DNA of 64,000 nucleotides from Ignavibacteriota bacterium (GTDB lineage: Bacteria > Bacteroidota > Ignavibacteria > UBA10030). The notes beneath the pieces were generated by a model that saw only the letters and a program-made list of their open reading frames with translations, did no database searches and had not been told where the DNA came from. Shown one piece after another: positions 62,550 to 64,000 of the stretch. Position 1 is the first letter of the stretch; each line of letters opens with the position of its first letter. The stretch spans positions 288,523-352,522 of the forward strand of contig CAWHXW010000002.1 in the NCBI GenBank assembly GCA_963833465.1, given 5' to 3'. The position numbers were made by a program, and so were the translations under genes.

Positions 62550-63865
62550 TATAGTGCCGCCGTGGAAGATCTATCGGTATGTATATTGACTCCGCGCCTT
62601 CGTGTTTCCCAATCTCTAATAAATAAGATGATTAAAGCCGTAGTCGGGACGGCAATTAGCAAACCAACGAAACCGAGAAAATACATAAAAATAAGCAACG
62701 AAAGAATAATTAAAAGCGGATGCATTCCGACTTTGCTGCCAATGATTTTCGGAGATAGGAAAGTCACTTCTGTCATATGAAGAACGGCGATAGACACGAC
62801 AGCAATTGATAGCTTTGTCAAAACCGGTGGATCACTAAATAGTGCGATGATTGCTGAAAGTGCCATAATCGCGAATAGACCAAAATACGGAACAAGATCG
62901 AAAACACAAGCAAGCAATCCAAGCAGAAGAGCATATTTTATACCGACAACGGAAAAAAGAACTGCAACAATAATACCCTGCAGAAACGCTACAGTCAAGG
63001 CACCGCGAAGATAATGTCCAATGAGATCATCGGCACGATTTATATAATCTTCCACCTGATCGCGTTTTCGTCTTGGAAAAAGCATTAAAAAACGATGCGC
63101 TATTTTGGGAAAGTCCGTTAAAAAATAAAATGTAAGAAACGGTATAAGAATTATATAAAATATTTGAGTTATGAAACTGGAAATGCTGCTCATCAGCGAA
63201 CCAAGCGCTTTGAGCAGAGTTTTAAGAATATCTTCAAAACGCGGAGTCAATTGATTCGAAAATGTATTACGAAGTTCGTTCACTGATATGCCGTAACGTT
63301 CCAGAATTTTGATAAGCTGGCTATCCCAGATCGTATTCCTATAATCATTAATAATTTTTGAAAACGTATCTAACACTCCTTCAAATTGAGTCAACGCTAC
63401 CGGCAGTATAAAAAAAAGGACAAGTGTTATACTAGTTATAAATAAAAGAATCAGCACAAGCGAAGAAACCCATCTCGGAATTCTCCATGTTTGGAAAAGA
63501 TCAACAACAGGGTTAAGCATGTATGCGAAAACCAGTGAAACAATAAATGGAGCAAGAATATTTGAAATGGAGTTTAAGAACCATAGTACAAATAGGATTA
63601 TAGCCAGCCACATGATATTTCTGGCAAGAACATAGCGCCTAAGCGGAAAAAGAATAAACAGGATGGCACCTAGAGCAAGAAATGGAGAAAGAATTTCATG
63701 AATCGTATAAATAAGAACCAATAACAAGAGCATGCCTCCAACAAGCAAAACGACTTCAATTCTGCCTAGCGATGCAAAAAGAGAATCCCAACGAACGTTT
63801 TGCTTTACTTTCGGCTCTGAGTAATTTACATGTATTGATTTCTTTGCTGCCCGTTGTCTGACCAT
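62549..63865 (-). CDS. AI-2E (PerM) family transporter
   Basis: AYMLNPVV, VPYFG, PKIIGSKVGMHP, GFVGLLIAVP. Start is ATG 63865; the longer ORF overlaps dut. Confidence 0.92.
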   Translation of the reverse strand: MVRQRAAKKSIHVNYSEPKVKQNVRWDSLFASLGRIEVVLLVGGMLLLLVLIYTIHEILSPFLALGAILFILFPLRRYVLARNIMWLAIILFVLWFLNSISNILAPFIVSLVFAYMLNPVVDLFQTWRIPRWVSSLVLILLFITSITLVLFFILPVALTQFEGVLDTFSKIINDYRNTIWDSQLIKILERYGISVNELRNTFSNQLTPRFEDILKTLLKALGSLMSSISSFITQIFYIILIPFLTFYFLTDFPKIAHRFLMLFPRRKRDQVEDYINRADDLIGHYLRGALTVAFLQGIIVAVLFSVVGIKYALLLGLLACVFDLVPYFGLFAIMALSAIIALFSDPPVLTKLSIAVVSIAVLHMTEVTFLSPKIIGSKVGMHPLLIILSLLIFMYFLGFVGLLIAVPTTALIILFIRDWETRRRGVNIHTDRSSTAAL

Positions 63866-63866
63866 T

Positions 63867-64000
63867 TTAGTTATTTCCTTTGGATATAACTCCAGTATGC
63901 CCGAAACCTCCGTCTGCGCGTGCAGAATCCTCAAGCGATGAAGATTCTTTCCATACTATGTGTTCATATTTTGTCACAACCATTTGAGCAACACGATCAC
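63867..64000 (-). CDS. dut: dUTP diphosphatase, C-terminal part
   Basis: Manual translation DRVAQMVV...[13 protein letters not shown] (dUTPase motifs IV and V); stop at 63867-63869. Confidence 0.92.
   Translation of the reverse strand, partial: DRVAQMVVTKYEHIVWKESSSLEDSARADGGFGHTGVISKGNN

Noticed and set aside
63866-63934. N-terminal extension of the AI-2E ORF
   Set aside because: It overlaps the dut C-terminus in another frame; ATG 63865 immediately follows the dut stop.

Overview
A 64-kb, AT-rich bacterial chromosomal window. It most likely comes from Ignavibacteriota or a related FCB-group lineage; this is inferred from gene content, gene order and REP types, not tested. Most of it is housekeeping: recO, mtnA, comEC, dtd, prmC, tRNA-Gln/Glu, the tRNA-Gln-prs-rplY-pth-rpsF-rpsR-rplI operon, korAB, ndk, sucD, gatA, 2x tatA, purSQ, pssA/psd, lipAB/lpdA, smpB, tyrS, arginine decarboxylase, rsmI and dut. 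Four accessory patches stand out. (1) At 4.4-7.3 kb, an exactly phased 21-bp array (13 perfect GAACT cores, decaying at one end) is bracketed by REP-like hairpins and lies just downstream of an orphan two-repeat helical protein gene; this is the best candidate for an undescribed system. (2) At 15.7-21.0 kb is a two-gene YdaL/YdaM-like exopolysaccharide module with a ~1320-aa deacetylase/hydrolase-like fusion. (3) At 21.1-26.1 kb is a phosphorelay cluster. (4) At 43.4-46.1 kb is a triad of minor-pilin-like genes with non-canonical N-termini. Seven apparent frameshifts split five genes. Four are an extra C after AGTAC, which points to motif-linked (possibly methylation-linked) sequencing error rather than true pseudogenes. 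All family assignments are from motif recognition by eye; no searches were run.
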